From contig OY761159.2 in assembly GCA_963664395.2 (NCBI GenBank), forward strand, positions 3,168,001 to 3,232,000: DNA of 64,000 nucleotides, read 5' to 3'. Position 1 is the stretch's first letter. Every line of letters starts with the position of its first letter. The notes below the pieces were generated by a model. The model did no database searches. It saw only the letters and a program-made list of their open reading frames with translations, and was not told the origin of the DNA. Both the position numbers and the translations under genes were made by a program. The DNA comes from Candidatus Binatia bacterium. Lineage in GTDB: Bacteria > Desulfobacterota > Binatia > Bin18. Below are positions 9,810 to 20,219 of the stretch, piece by piece.

Positions 9810-9868
9810 ATATCGACCTCCTTGGTATGTGTATCTGTCTGATTAGACACGCGCGGACGGATTCCGGG

Positions 9869-10372
9869 CTACCGTGATTCGACCGGCGGGGGAGAGGATT
9901 GAAAGTCCTTATGCCGACCAAACCCACGTCGGCCACGCCCTGGTCTCTTGTTGAATTGTTCGAGCAACTTGGCGCGTTGTTCCGGGCTCAGAAGAGCACG
10001 GACGCGGAGCATGGTCTTTAATTGCTCTTTGCGGAGTTCCGTCCGCAGGCGACCAATACGATCGACTTGTTCCAGCAGGGCTGTTTCCCTGGGCGCTTCT
10101 TCCTCCAACATGCTGCGCATTTGCTCGTGCGCTTCACGCAATTGACGCCGCAGCGTCCGCTTCTTGGCGCGGGAGGTATCAATGATCGCGTCTACTCGTG
10201 CCAGTGTTCTTTCATCAAGCCCCAGCTCCTCGACAAGACGCTCAAGCCGCGACCCAGGCGGAGCATGACGGGCGGACGGCCCTGGGGGCTGCGCCCAGCC
10301 GCCAGCGGTCCAGCCGCTCCATTCACACAGAGTGAACACAGCCACGAGCAGAAATATGTTGGTCTTTCTCAT
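9869..10372 (-). CDS. Spy/CpxP-like periplasmic (heavy-metal sensor-like) protein
   Basis: Signal peptide from ATG 10372, helical coiled region, LLSPEQR. Confidence 0.75.
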   Translation of the reverse strand: MRKTNIFLLVAVFTLCEWSGWTAGGWAQPPGPSARHAPPGSRLERLVEELGLDERTLARVDAIIDTSRAKKRTLRRQLREAHEQMRSMLEEEAPRETALLEQVDRIGRLRTELRKEQLKTMLRVRALLSPEQRAKLLEQFNKRPGRGRRGFGRHKDFQSSPPPVESR

Positions 10373-10382
10373 AACAGCCTGT

Positions 10383-10814
10383 TCACAGCAGTTCAAAAGC
10401 ATCAGCCAGGGCAAGATATTCAGCAGGAAGAAAGTCAGTCTGCGCTTCCGATTGGTAATAGGCATACGCCAAAAGGCTGGCGTGAGAGGTTATGTCTTGC
10501 GTATTCGCCGTATCGGTATCCTGTGCGAGTGGTGTTGGGGCTGACAGTGGGGTGAGGTCTTTGAAGCTCGGACCGGAAACCTGTTGCGAGGGAAGCGCAA
10601 ACCACAGCAGCAGCGCCGCACACGTCGCTGCAAGCAGGCTGGCGGGCCGCAGGAAAGGAAGCCGGGACGAGTCCGCCAGCCGTTCTCTAAGCCTTCGGTC
10701 AAACGTCGCCTGCTGCGCCGCCGAGAGTGACTGTGGCGTATAGTGCTCGGCCACACGCTGAATAAAGCGCCGGTCGTCGGGCTTGATGTTGTGGTGCTCG
10801 TCTGAAGACGGCAT
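10383..10814 (-). CDS. Putative membrane-anchored anti-sigma factor
   Basis: Directly downstream of an ECF sigma; single TM segment. Confidence 0.6.
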   Translation of the reverse strand: MPSSDEHHNIKPDDRRFIQRVAEHYTPQSLSAAQQATFDRRLRERLADSSRLPFLRPASLLAATCAALLLWFALPSQQVSGPSFKDLTPLSAPTPLAQDTDTANTQDITSHASLLAYAYYQSEAQTDFLPAEYLALADAFELL

Positions 10815-10816
10815 GA

Positions 10817-11392
10817 CTACGCGCCTCCTGTCTGTGATGCATCTTCCGTTCTGTCATTCAGGTCGGCCAGTTCCGCGCGCAGTTTGACCAGGGCGCGATG
10901 GAGATGGCTCTTCACGGTTCCGCTCGGTTTTCCCAAAAAATCGGCGCACTCCTGAACCGTAAAGCCCTCAAGATGGACAAGTATGAAGGCTTCGCGCTGC
11001 CGACGTGAGAGTTGGTCCAGGGCGTGGGCGATGCGCCGCCGCAGCCCAGGGTCGCCTTGCACGGTTGATGTTGGATCAGGGAATTCTTCTTCGCTTTCAC
11101 GCTGCCAGAGTGTCCGCACCGCACGCCAGCGGCGATAGTTATGCGCCTGGCGGACGAGGATACGATAGAACCACGTTTCGAGACTCGCCTCCCCCCGAAA
11201 GCTGTCAAGCGCTTGATATGCCTTGACGAAAGCATCTTGGGTAACATCTTCGGCCGCAGCTTCATCGCCCCCGACCAAGCGCCAGGCCAGCCGTCTCGCC
11301 CGGTCACGCCGAAGGGCAACAAACGTGCTGAAACACTCCTCACGTTCAGCCGGCAGTGCTCCCATCTCAGCTATTCCAACTCCAACGAGCAT
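10817..11392 (-). CDS. ECF RNA polymerase sigma factor
   Basis: AEDVTQDAFVKAY, F.GEASLETW, GTVKSHLHRA. Confidence 0.92.
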   Translation of the reverse strand: MLVGVGIAEMGALPAEREECFSTFVALRRDRARRLAWRLVGGDEAAAEDVTQDAFVKAYQALDSFRGEASLETWFYRILVRQAHNYRRWRAVRTLWQRESEEEFPDPTSTVQGDPGLRRRIAHALDQLSRRQREAFILVHLEGFTVQECADFLGKPSGTVKSHLHRALVKLRAELADLNDRTEDASQTGGA

Positions 11393-11470
11393 GGACGCGG
11401 TCTTCCTCTATCTGTATGAGACACCTGAGTCAGCCATTTGGTTTACACACGGATTCGGAAGAGGAGACCC

Positions 11471-11962
11471 CTATGAGGGTTTTGACTCAGCCGCCAGTGC
11501 GTGCAGCGCTTGACCGCTGAGCCGGTAGGGCAGCCATTCCTGCATATGGCCCATGCCCAGACGATGGTAGAACTCGCGGGCGGGGTTCCAGTCCAAAACC
11601 TGAAACTCCAGGCGCTGATAGCCGCGTTCGACTGAAAGAGCAGCCAGTTTGGCCATGAGCGCCCGCCCGACTCCATATTTACGCGCCGATTCGATGACAA
11701 ACAGGTCTTCGAGATACAGGCTCGGCCGCCCCTCCCAGGTGGAGTAGGTCGCAAAGAACAGGGCAAAGCCGACCGGCTTGTCATTCCGCTCGGCAATCAG
11801 TACCTCGAATTGAGGCCGTTCGCCAAAGCCGTCGCGCAGCAGGTCTTCGGGCGTGGTCTTGACCGCGTCCGGCTCGTTCTCGAATCGGGCCAATTCCTTG
11901 ATGAACCCAAGGATGAGCGGCACGTCGTCCGCAGTGGAGAAACGGATGGTAATGCTCGGCAT
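11471..11962 (-). CDS. GNAT N-acetyltransferase (spermidine/spermine acetyltransferase-like)
   Basis: YSTWEG..LYLEDLFV, R.YGVG, VLDWN. Confidence 0.88.
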   Translation of the reverse strand: MPSITIRFSTADDVPLILGFIKELARFENEPDAVKTTPEDLLRDGFGERPQFEVLIAERNDKPVGFALFFATYSTWEGRPSLYLEDLFVIESARKYGVGRALMAKLAALSVERGYQRLEFQVLDWNPAREFYHRLGMGHMQEWLPYRLSGQALHALAAESKPS

Positions 11963-11980
11963 GAATCGCGCTTTCCCCCA

Positions 11981-13366
11981 CTACGGCTCGGTCTTCACCA
12001 GGCGAAAATCGCCTTTGGCGGCATTCCGGTATAAATTAATCTGCCCGATATGCCGGGCGCGGCCTTCCTCGTCCGTGACGCCCAGCCCTTCCTCCGGGGC
12101 GAGGCACAGCACGCCAATTTTTCCAATCTGCGTATTGTGGTGCACCCGATACGCCGCCTCACCGGTCTCGGCCAGGGGATAGGTCTCTGACAAGAGGGGA
12201 TGAATGGCGCGTTTGCAGACCAACCGATTCGCTTCCCAGGCTTCTCTGTAGTTGGCAAAGTGCGAGCCTATGATGCGCTTCTTGTTCATCCATAAATAGC
12301 GGTTGTCATACTCGTGATTATAGCCGCTGGTGGAAGCGCAGGTGACGATCTGACCTCCGGGCCGCGCGATAAAGACACTGGCCGCAAAGGTTTCATGGCC
12401 CGGATGCTCATACACCACATCCGGGTCTTCGCCGCCCGTCATGTCCCGAATCTGCTTGCCAAAGCGACGCAGTTCGCCCTGGTTTTGCGACCCGTCTTCA
12501 TTCCAGAACCGATAGCCCTCGGCATTCCGGTCAATCACCCAACGCGCGCCTATGGTTTCGCACAACCTGACCTTGTCCTGGGATGACACCACGCAGATGG
12601 GGAAGGCGCCCGTGTTCAATACATACTGCAACGCAAAGCCGCCCAGCCCGCCGACCGCGCCCCAGATCAGGACGATATCGCCCTGTTTGATATGGGTGCC
12701 GTTTTTGCTGACCAGCATGCGATACGAGGTGGAGTTGACCAGCGGCATGGAAGCCGACTCTTCCCAGGTGAGATGCGGCGGCTTGGGCATGAGCTGGTTG
12801 GCCCGGACAACGGCAATTTCAGCCAGCGCGCCAAAATTGGTTTCAAAGCCCCAGATACGCTGGTCCGGGTCGAGCATGGAATCGTCATGGCCGTCCGGGG
12901 CCTGCATGTCCACATAGTTGCAGTGAATGGTGACTTCGTCGCCCGGCTTGAACAGGTTCACCCCAGGCCCGACCTTCAATACCACGCCGGAGGCGTCGCT
13001 GCCCAAGATATGATACGGCAGATTATGCCGGCTATCCCACGGGCTTTTCTTGGCGTTTCGCTCCAAAAACAAAAACGTCGGCAGGGGCTCGAAGATGGCG
13101 CTCCAGACTGTATTAAAATTGATGCTGGAGGCCATGATCGCGACCAGAGCCTCATTCGGGCCGACCTCCGGGACAGGGACCTGGTCGAGATGGAGGCTTT
13201 TCTTGGGATCTTTTTCCCAGGACTCCAGCCCCTCGAACATAGTCACTTCGTCTTTATGGGTCGTAATCGCCAGCATCCATTCCGGGAGCGGAAGCCCCTC
13301 AAAGTCTTCGGTTTTGGCCTGGCCATCCATGATGGCTTCACGGATGTTCTTCATTTCGGTTGTCAT
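11981..13366 (-). CDS. ccr: Crotonyl-CoA carboxylase/reductase
   Basis: MASSINFNTVW, HILGSDASG, IWGFETNFG, NQLMPKP.HLTWEE, DNRYLWM, GSHFAN. Confidence 0.92.
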   Translation of the reverse strand: MTTEMKNIREAIMDGQAKTEDFEGLPLPEWMLAITTHKDEVTMFEGLESWEKDPKKSLHLDQVPVPEVGPNEALVAIMASSINFNTVWSAIFEPLPTFLFLERNAKKSPWDSRHNLPYHILGSDASGVVLKVGPGVNLFKPGDEVTIHCNYVDMQAPDGHDDSMLDPDQRIWGFETNFGALAEIAVVRANQLMPKPPHLTWEESASMPLVNSTSYRMLVSKNGTHIKQGDIVLIWGAVGGLGGFALQYVLNTGAFPICVVSSQDKVRLCETIGARWVIDRNAEGYRFWNEDGSQNQGELRRFGKQIRDMTGGEDPDVVYEHPGHETFAASVFIARPGGQIVTCASTSGYNHEYDNRYLWMNKKRIIGSHFANYREAWEANRLVCKRAIHPLLSETYPLAETGEAAYRVHHNTQIGKIGVLCLAPEEGLGVTDEEGRARHIGQINLYRNAAKGDFRLVKTEP

Positions 13367-13406
13367 GGTTATCTACTGCTTCTCCTCATATGATGCGTCG
13401 TTGGAA

Positions 13407-15023
13407 TCAGTGACGCGGATCGATTAACACGCCCGGATTCAGCAGGCCCTGCGGATCAAGGGCGGCTTTCGCAGCCTGAAGGGCGCTGGCAAAGAGGTCC
13501 GGGCGTTGCTTCTCATACTGCGGCCGGTGGGTCCGCCCGACGGAGTGGTGATGCGTCACCGTGCCGCCATAGCGCACGACCGCCTCCGATGCCGCGGTTT
13601 TGATTTCATGCCACTGCTCCAGCACGCTGCCCTTTTTGCCCATGCCGGTAAAAGTGAAATACGGCGCCGGGCCGTCCGGATAGACATGGGTAAAGCGGCA
13701 CGACAGGACGCCGCCGCCACACACCTCATCCAGCGCTTTTTGGACATCCCGCATCACCCCGGCGTGGAATGCGTGAAAGGTATTCCACGGAATTGAGCTC
13801 TCGGTGGTGTCGAATATCGCGCCCATGGCCGCCATGGTCGAAAAGGCGTAGGGCATGCGGATAAAGGCGTTGCGCCAGTCGCCGACCGAGCCGCCGCGGC
13901 CCGTGGTCTCTCCGCCGCCCTTAATCACCACCCCGTTGGGTGTCGTCCCGCCGAGGTCCGTACAGCACTCAAGCGCACGGTTGATCCAGGGTTCGAGCGG
14001 ATGGTCCGCGGATTCAAAGCCGAGCATGAGCAGGCTGCCGCCCGTGCCATTGCCGACATTATTGCGTTTGACCTCAGTTGGATCGAGAATACGACAATTG
14101 GTGGGATACAGGCCCGACTGGCTGAGCAAACGAATCGCCTCGACCCCATTCTCAAATTTTTCAAAATGCACCGCGGTTGAGGCCCGATAGACCGGACGAT
14201 GCTGCAAGCGCATCCAGGCTTCGGTGATGATGCCCAGAATCCCCTCCGAGCCAATAAACATACGGTCCGGGCTTGGGCCGGCGCCTGATCCCGGCAGGCG
14301 ACGCGAGGCGACAATGCCGTTTGGGGTGACGACTCGGGTGGATTCGACAAGGTCATCAATATGCGTGTACAGCGTGGCAAAATGTCCGCCCGAGCGGGTT
14401 GCGATCCAGCCGCCCAGCGTCGAGAACTCGAACGACTGGGGATAATGCCGCAGGGTATAGCCGTGCGGTTTGAGTTGGGCTTCCAAGGCAGGTCCGTATA
14501 CGCCGGCTTGAATGCGGGCCGCGCGTGAGGTCTCGTCAATTTCCAGCACTTTGTCGAGATGACGCAGGTCAATGGACACGCTACCGGGATAGGCGTCGCC
14601 CGGCGGAGGCTCGACGCCGCTTGTCACGCTCGATCCTCCCCCAAAGGGAATGGCTGCCGCACCAACCTCGTTGCACCAGTCCAATACTGAGACCACATCT
14701 TCTTCGGTCCTGGGAAAGGCCACGACATCGGGCGGATTCGGAAAGTCCAAATGGAAGGCTTTCACAATATCGGGCAGGGCTTTGCCATAGGAATGAGCCG
14801 CGCGGTCGTAGGTCTCAGTTGAGCAGATGCCGGAGAGAGACGGCGGCGGTGAGAGGCGCGGCGCGCGGAGCTGAATGTCTTCAACGCGCGGCTCCGGGTC
14901 CAGGCTAAAGTCGCCGGCCCCCACGCTCTCGGCAATTCCTTTGGCGATATTTTTTTTCTGTTCCGGGGTGGGCTGTTCGTCTTCAAATCCCCAGCCCCAA
15001 ATGGTGGTTCGACGGTGTGCCAT
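13407..15023 (-). CDS. FAD-binding oxidoreductase, alkyl-DHAP-synthase-like
   Basis: PFGGGSSV, HYPQSFEFSTLGGWIATRSGG, THHHSVG, LNPG. Confidence 0.88.
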   Translation of the reverse strand: MAHRRTTIWGWGFEDEQPTPEQKKNIAKGIAESVGAGDFSLDPEPRVEDIQLRAPRLSPPPSLSGICSTETYDRAAHSYGKALPDIVKAFHLDFPNPPDVVAFPRTEEDVVSVLDWCNEVGAAAIPFGGGSSVTSGVEPPPGDAYPGSVSIDLRHLDKVLEIDETSRAARIQAGVYGPALEAQLKPHGYTLRHYPQSFEFSTLGGWIATRSGGHFATLYTHIDDLVESTRVVTPNGIVASRRLPGSGAGPSPDRMFIGSEGILGIITEAWMRLQHRPVYRASTAVHFEKFENGVEAIRLLSQSGLYPTNCRILDPTEVKRNNVGNGTGGSLLMLGFESADHPLEPWINRALECCTDLGGTTPNGVVIKGGGETTGRGGSVGDWRNAFIRMPYAFSTMAAMGAIFDTTESSIPWNTFHAFHAGVMRDVQKALDEVCGGGVLSCRFTHVYPDGPAPYFTFTGMGKKGSVLEQWHEIKTAASEAVVRYGGTVTHHHSVGRTHRPQYEKQRPDLFASALQAAKAALDPQGLLNPGVLIDPRH

Positions 15024-15037
15024 GCTGCCTCCTTGCG

Positions 15038-16669
15038 CTAGTACTTCCCAAACGGGGGTTCCTGAATGGTCATTTGATATTCAATGAGATGCATCTCTCC
15101 GGAGGCAAGCGCCGTGTCCAAGGCTGCTTGTAATGCTGCCGGAGACTGGACGCGCGTTGCGCGGACGCCAAATGCCCCTGCGAAGGCCAGGAAGTCCGGA
15201 TTTGTCAGTTGGGCTTGATACGCCTCTTGATACGCGGTCCGCTGCAAATAGCCGATCACCCCAAAAGCATTATCGTTGACCACAATAAGTGGAAAGCCAA
15301 TGTTATGGCGCACGCACGTCGCCAATTCCTGGGCCGTGTAGAGAAAGCCACCGTCACCGATCAGGCCGACAACCGGCGTATCAGGCCGCGCCACCTTGAC
15401 GCCGATGGCTGCCGGAAAACTGAATCCGAGCAGACCGGAGCCTTTGGCCCCGATGATTCCGTTGGCTTGATAGGACGGATAAAAATACTCGGCCCAATAG
15501 CCAAGCTGGGTGTTATCGACCACCAGGGTGCTGTCTCGTGGCAGTACATCTCGAATAGCCTTGAGCGACTGAATTTCCGGACGCTCGTGGCTGAGTCGCT
15601 CGAGCTCTGCGTCAGCCTCACGCCGCCACGCCGCGGTCCGTTCCTGGCGCGGACCGGTGTAGGGTTCTCCTTCAAGTTGATTGCGCAGCGCTTGGGTAAT
15701 GGCTCCAATATCTCCGACCAGCGGCAGCGCGGCTGGATAATTTCTGCTGATCCAGCGCTCGTCCCAATCGACATGAATCAACTGTTCGGGTAATGCCAAG
15801 CCGCGTCGTTTGGCATCGACCTCACGCAGCCGGGAACCAATCACGACTGCCGCATCGCAGCCGGGTACGAGGTCTTTGACCACCAGTTTGCGCGCCGCAT
15901 TGCCGAACGCCAGGGGATGATCTTCCGGAACCACGCCTTTGCCTGGGGTGTTGGTGATGACGGGTGCACATAGAGCCTCGGCCAGGGCTTGGATGTCTCC
16001 GGCCAAGTCCCCGGAAGTACTCGCCCGTGCCGCGTCCGTACCAGCCAGAATGAGGGGCTGTTTTGCATTGCGCAGAATGGCGACCGCCTCGTCAAGCCGA
16101 GGAGGCAGCGGCGGGGGGGCTGGAGCGTTGTCCGACGAGATCGGAGTCGCCGCGGGTGCGTCTCCGGCCATCAGGTCGGTGGGGACTTCCAGACACACCG
16201 GGCCGGGCCGGCCGGCCTGAGCCAGGGCGATGGCGCGTTTTGCGGCTGCATACAGCTCATCGCCCGTCCGGGGAATAATCACCTCTTTGGTAATGGTCCG
16301 AAAGAGAGAGGTCTGTTCTTCCAGTTCGTGCAGGACGCCCAGACCCTGGCCGATTTTAGCGGCGTCGATATTGGTCGTGATCATCAGGACCGGCGAGCAA
16401 CTGCCCCAGGCTTCCTGCAGGGCCGAAACCGTAAAGCCCGCGCCCGGACCGGTTGAGGAGACAATAACCCCCAGTCCGCCGCTCGCCCGGGCATAGCCGT
16501 CCGCCATATGGGTGGCGCCAGCTTCGTGCCGACACCCAATATGTCGAATTGAGGGCTCGTGGCGCAGGGACTCGTACAGGCCGATATTATGGATGCTGGG
16601 GATACCAAAAATGGTCGAGACACCGGCCTCTTTCAGGGCCAGAACGATGCCATCGGCTCCTCGGGGCAT
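15038..16669 (-). CDS. Thiamine pyrophosphate-binding enzyme (acetolactate synthase-like family)
   Basis: RHEAGA.HMADGYAR, GRPGPV, GDGGF...NDN. Confidence 0.9.
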   Translation of the reverse strand: MPRGADGIVLALKEAGVSTIFGIPSIHNIGLYESLRHEPSIRHIGCRHEAGATHMADGYARASGGLGVIVSSTGPGAGFTVSALQEAWGSCSPVLMITTNIDAAKIGQGLGVLHELEEQTSLFRTITKEVIIPRTGDELYAAAKRAIALAQAGRPGPVCLEVPTDLMAGDAPAATPISSDNAPAPPPLPPRLDEAVAILRNAKQPLILAGTDAARASTSGDLAGDIQALAEALCAPVITNTPGKGVVPEDHPLAFGNAARKLVVKDLVPGCDAAVVIGSRLREVDAKRRGLALPEQLIHVDWDERWISRNYPAALPLVGDIGAITQALRNQLEGEPYTGPRQERTAAWRREADAELERLSHERPEIQSLKAIRDVLPRDSTLVVDNTQLGYWAEYFYPSYQANGIIGAKGSGLLGFSFPAAIGVKVARPDTPVVGLIGDGGFLYTAQELATCVRHNIGFPLIVVNDNAFGVIGYLQRTAYQEAYQAQLTNPDFLAFAGAFGVRATRVQSPAALQAALDTALASGEMHLIEYQMTIQEPPFGKY

Positions 16670-16687
16670 GCACCCTCCCTTCTGAAT

Positions 16688-17875
16688 CTACTTGATCACA
16701 CCCTTGTGTTTCAGTTGTTCCACCTCATCGCCGCTCACGCCCATCTCCTGCAATATCTCCCAGGTATGCTGACCCAGGGTCGGGGGGGCGAGGCGCACGG
16801 AGCCCGGTGTTTTCTTGAGCTTGGCCGGAATGCCGCCAACTTTGAGTGTGCCGACCCGCGCATGGTCCACCTCGACCGCCATATTGTTATGCCGGACTTG
16901 GGGGTCGGCAAAGGTTTCGTGAAAGGTGTTCACCGGCGCGGCCATCACGTCTGCCGCACTCAAACGCTGCATCATGTCATCTACGTCTCTTTTGGCAAAC
17001 TCGGCCTGCAACACCGCATTGAGGGCGGCTTCGTGTTGCAGGCGAAGCTCTCCGGTCTCAAAGCGTGGGTCCGCCATCAGGTCCTCGCGTTCGATCGCGC
17101 GGCAGATATTATGGAAGAACTTGTTATTGAACGAGGCAATCTGAATGTCCCGGCCATCCTTACACCTGAACGTTCCGTAGGGCGCATAAAACGGACTGGC
17201 ATTCCCGACGCGCGGCTGGATGTACTGACTGAGAAAGAATTGGCCGACCTGGGACGGCTGAACGTGGATCAGCCCGTCCATCAGACACAGCTCAATCTGC
17301 TGGCCAATGCCCTGTTGCTCGCGGGTCCACAGGCCGACCATGGCGGCAAAGGCGACCAGATTGGCACAGGTGGCGTCGGCGATGGCCGGACCGGCCTTCA
17401 GGGGCTTGCCGTCCCGCTCTCCGGTAACGCTCATAAAGCCGGTCAGCGCCTGGGCGAGGGGGTCAATGCCCGGCCGCCCGCCATACGGTCCGTCTTGGCC
17501 GAAGGCGCTGACGGAGATGCAGATAATTTTCTCGTTGTACTGACACGTTTCTTCGTACGTCACCCCCAGCTTGGCTTTGGCTTGGGGGCGGAGATTGTCG
17601 ACAATAATGTCGGCCGTTCGGACCAGCCGGAAATACAGGGCTTTGCCCTCCGGCTGGGTCAGGTCCAGCACCATGCCGCGTTTATTGCGGTTAATCCCGA
17701 CATAAAAGCCGCTATCATTCTCGACCTTGGGACCAATGGCACGGGACTCATCCCCATAGGGCGGCTCGACTTTAATCACGTCCGCGCCCATGTCGCCCAG
17801 CATGGTCGCTCCGTAGGGACCGGCTAACATGCTGGCGATATCCAGCACGCGAACCCCTTGCAGCGGCAGTGCCAT
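16688..17875 (-). CDS. CaiB/BaiF family III CoA transferase
   Basis: PLQGVRVLD, GADVIKVEP, NRNKR, PPTLGQHT. Confidence 0.93.
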   Translation of the reverse strand: MALPLQGVRVLDIASMLAGPYGATMLGDMGADVIKVEPPYGDESRAIGPKVENDSGFYVGINRNKRGMVLDLTQPEGKALYFRLVRTADIIVDNLRPQAKAKLGVTYEETCQYNEKIICISVSAFGQDGPYGGRPGIDPLAQALTGFMSVTGERDGKPLKAGPAIADATCANLVAFAAMVGLWTREQQGIGQQIELCLMDGLIHVQPSQVGQFFLSQYIQPRVGNASPFYAPYGTFRCKDGRDIQIASFNNKFFHNICRAIEREDLMADPRFETGELRLQHEAALNAVLQAEFAKRDVDDMMQRLSAADVMAAPVNTFHETFADPQVRHNNMAVEVDHARVGTLKVGGIPAKLKKTPGSVRLAPPTLGQHTWEILQEMGVSGDEVEQLKHKGVIK

Positions 17876-18050
17876 CGGTGCCTCCTTCCCGTATTGTCAA
17901 CGTTCCAGGCATAACGCCTTGGCGCAGACGCTAGCACACCGCACCCGGAATGCCAAAGGCATGGACACTGCCCAACGTGGTCAAGGGCTAGGCTGGATGC
18001 GGTTTTTTTGCTATGCCCGAGCAAATCTATCCCAGAAGGAGGAAAATCGT

Positions 18051-18347
18051 ATGCCGCTCTATTTAGATGAGATCTATTGGGAGCCAGCCCGGACCAAAGA
18101 AGTCCATAACATGTTTAAGGGGGTATTAAGCGGAGAGACCGGCTTTCCTGAGGGGGTGACGCTGAAGGCGGGGCCATGGGCCTCGAACGAAGAGGCGAAA
18201 ATGGTGCTGGTTCTGGATATCCAGGATCATGCCAAGACCTTCACCACCTTTTCGACCCTCGTTGCCCAGGGCCTGATTACCAAACGCCGCCTCACGCCTA
18301 TTGTCGAGTGGAGCGGCATGGACGGTGTGGTGAACAATCTCTCGTGA
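18051..18347 (+). CDS. Small hypothetical protein (DUF3303/GYD-like)
   Basis: Strong RBS AGGAGG before ATG 18051; family call tentative. Confidence 0.6.
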   Translation: MPLYLDEIYWEPARTKEVHNMFKGVLSGETGFPEGVTLKAGPWASNEEAKMVLVLDIQDHAKTFTTFSTLVAQGLITKRRLTPIVEWSGMDGVVNNLS

Positions 18348-18433
18348 GGCAGAAGCGGGGAGGGGGGGCTGACTCTCTGAGTGCATCAGACCTCCTTCCC
18401 GAGCCTACCCCATAACAGCTCGGTTACACAGCA

Positions 18434-19006
18434 ATGCCCGCCTCCCATCTCCCTGCTCGCCCGCGTGCTATCACCGTCTACTGCGCGTCAAGCAAACGCT
18501 GTCCGCAGGTGTATCTGGACGTAGCGGCTGAATTGGGCCAACTGCTGGCGCAGCGCGACTACACCTTAATCTATGGTGGCGGAAATACCGGCCTGATGGG
18601 AGCCGTATCCCAGTCCACGCTGGCCGCCGGCGGGCGGGTGGTCGGTGTTATCCTGACGCGCTTCCTCGAAGACGGCTACGGACAAGACGGGCATGAAATG
18701 CATACCGCCGATGATATGCGCAGCCGGAAGCAGGGGCTTGATGAACGCGGAGACGCCTTTATCACTCTTCCCGGCGGGTTTGGGACCTTTGAGGAAGTCC
18801 TTGAAGTGATCGCCCTGAAACAGCTGGGCTTCCACTCCAAGCCTATCGTGTTGGTGAATACGAACGGCTATTTCGACGGCTTGTTGCAGCAATTCGAGCG
18901 CGGCTTTGCCGAAGCGCTCATTAACGAAAAATTTCGCCACTTATACACGGCTGTCTCCACTCCTCAGCAAGCCCTTGCACATATTGAGCAGGAATTGGAC
19001 TGGTAG
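18434..19006 (+). CDS. LOG family (TIGR00730) nucleotide phosphoribohydrolase
   Basis: YGGG.TGLMG, PGGFGTFEE. Confidence 0.92.
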   Translation: MPASHLPARPRAITVYCASSKRCPQVYLDVAAELGQLLAQRDYTLIYGGGNTGLMGAVSQSTLAAGGRVVGVILTRFLEDGYGQDGHEMHTADDMRSRKQGLDERGDAFITLPGGFGTFEEVLEVIALKQLGFHSKPIVLVNTNGYFDGLLQQFERGFAEALINEKFRHLYTAVSTPQQALAHIEQELDW

Positions 19007-19063
19007 GAATGAAGAGCGTTACGAGTTGGGGGAGGGCGGTTGCTGTGATGTTACGGATTTTCA

Positions 19064-20086
19064 TTACCTCCCTTGAAACTCCGGCATCACTTCCTTGGCA
19101 AACAACTCCAACGAGCGCGTGGCCTTTTGGGGGTCGAGTCCTGGAAGCTGTGTGCCCATCACAAAATGGGTGCAGTGAAAGCGCTGACAGAACTTTTCCA
19201 TTTTACGGGCGACCTGGTCTGGGGTGCCGATCAGGGCGGCCCGGCCAAAGCCTGAGTCGCGGAGTTGGCTGGCGTGGGTGAACTGCCAGCCGTCTGCGTC
19301 GCCCGGCGCGTCGTTGGCTTCGGCCAGGATGATGCCGTAGTACTGCATGGAATAGTGCAGATGCTCCTGGACATCTTCCCAAGCCTGGTCTTCATTCTCG
19401 GCAACGTAGACCATCCGGATTTGTCCGATGTTGAAACCGGCGGGGTCATAGCCGTTTTCTCTCAGGGTCTGGATATAGAGCGGCGCGGGGTCCGGCCCGA
19501 TTGTCGCCATGAGATGGCAGCCCATTTTTGCAACGCGCTGAATCGCCTTGTCGGCCCGCGCGCCAATCCAAAGCGGAATATGCGGTTGCTGGACGGGCTT
19601 TGGAGAGAGTGTCAGGTCTTTGACTTGAGTGAAGCGGCCCTCAAACGTCACATTTTCTTCAGTCCATAAACGGCGAACCAATTCGACGCCTTCTGCCAAG
19701 CGAGCAGAACGTTCTTTGCGTGGGACATTCAAAGAATGAAACTCGGTGGCTGCATAACCTTGCCCGGCACCAAGATCAAAGCGCCCGTTTGACCAGATAT
19801 CGATGCAGGTCGTGTCTTCTGCCACACGGACCGGCTGCTGAAACGGCATCAGCAGAATATAGGTCCCGATCCGCATGCGGCTCGTGCGCGCGGCAATGGC
19901 CGCGGCTGTCGGCAGGCTGGACGGATTATAGCCATCTTCGGTGAAATGATGTTCCGCCAGCCAGACGTTGTCATAGCCGAACTCTTCAGCCCGGACGATC
20001 TGGTCAAGCAGGGCGTGATACAGCTCCGGATACGGTCGGCGCCATTGGGGTGGGTTCCGAAAGTCATGGATAATACCAAATTTCAT
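19064..20086 (-). CDS. LLM class flavin-dependent oxidoreductase
   Basis: WLAEHHF, P.RVAED, SNGRFDLG.G.G, PKPVQQPH. Confidence 0.9.
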   Translation of the reverse strand: MKFGIIHDFRNPPQWRRPYPELYHALLDQIVRAEEFGYDNVWLAEHHFTEDGYNPSSLPTAAAIAARTSRMRIGTYILLMPFQQPVRVAEDTTCIDIWSNGRFDLGAGQGYAATEFHSLNVPRKERSARLAEGVELVRRLWTEENVTFEGRFTQVKDLTLSPKPVQQPHIPLWIGARADKAIQRVAKMGCHLMATIGPDPAPLYIQTLRENGYDPAGFNIGQIRMVYVAENEDQAWEDVQEHLHYSMQYYGIILAEANDAPGDADGWQFTHASQLRDSGFGRAALIGTPDQVARKMEKFCQRFHCTHFVMGTQLPGLDPQKATRSLELFAKEVMPEFQGR

Positions 20087-20219
20087 ACGTGTGATCCTCT
20101 GTGGTGCCGTGTCGCACATTTGGGCCGGGCTGTCCAGTAAATAGGAATATCCAGAGAGAAAGGGCTTGTCGCCCGTCCGTTTTACTTGGTACGTTTTACA
20201 CATCTTGAGGAGGGACACG

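Noticed and set aside
16559-17827. Long antisense ORFs (also 24514-25539, 25651-26859, 36052-37176, 55213-56532)
   Set aside because: These are shadow frames of well-supported genes in GC-rich DNA and carry no motifs.
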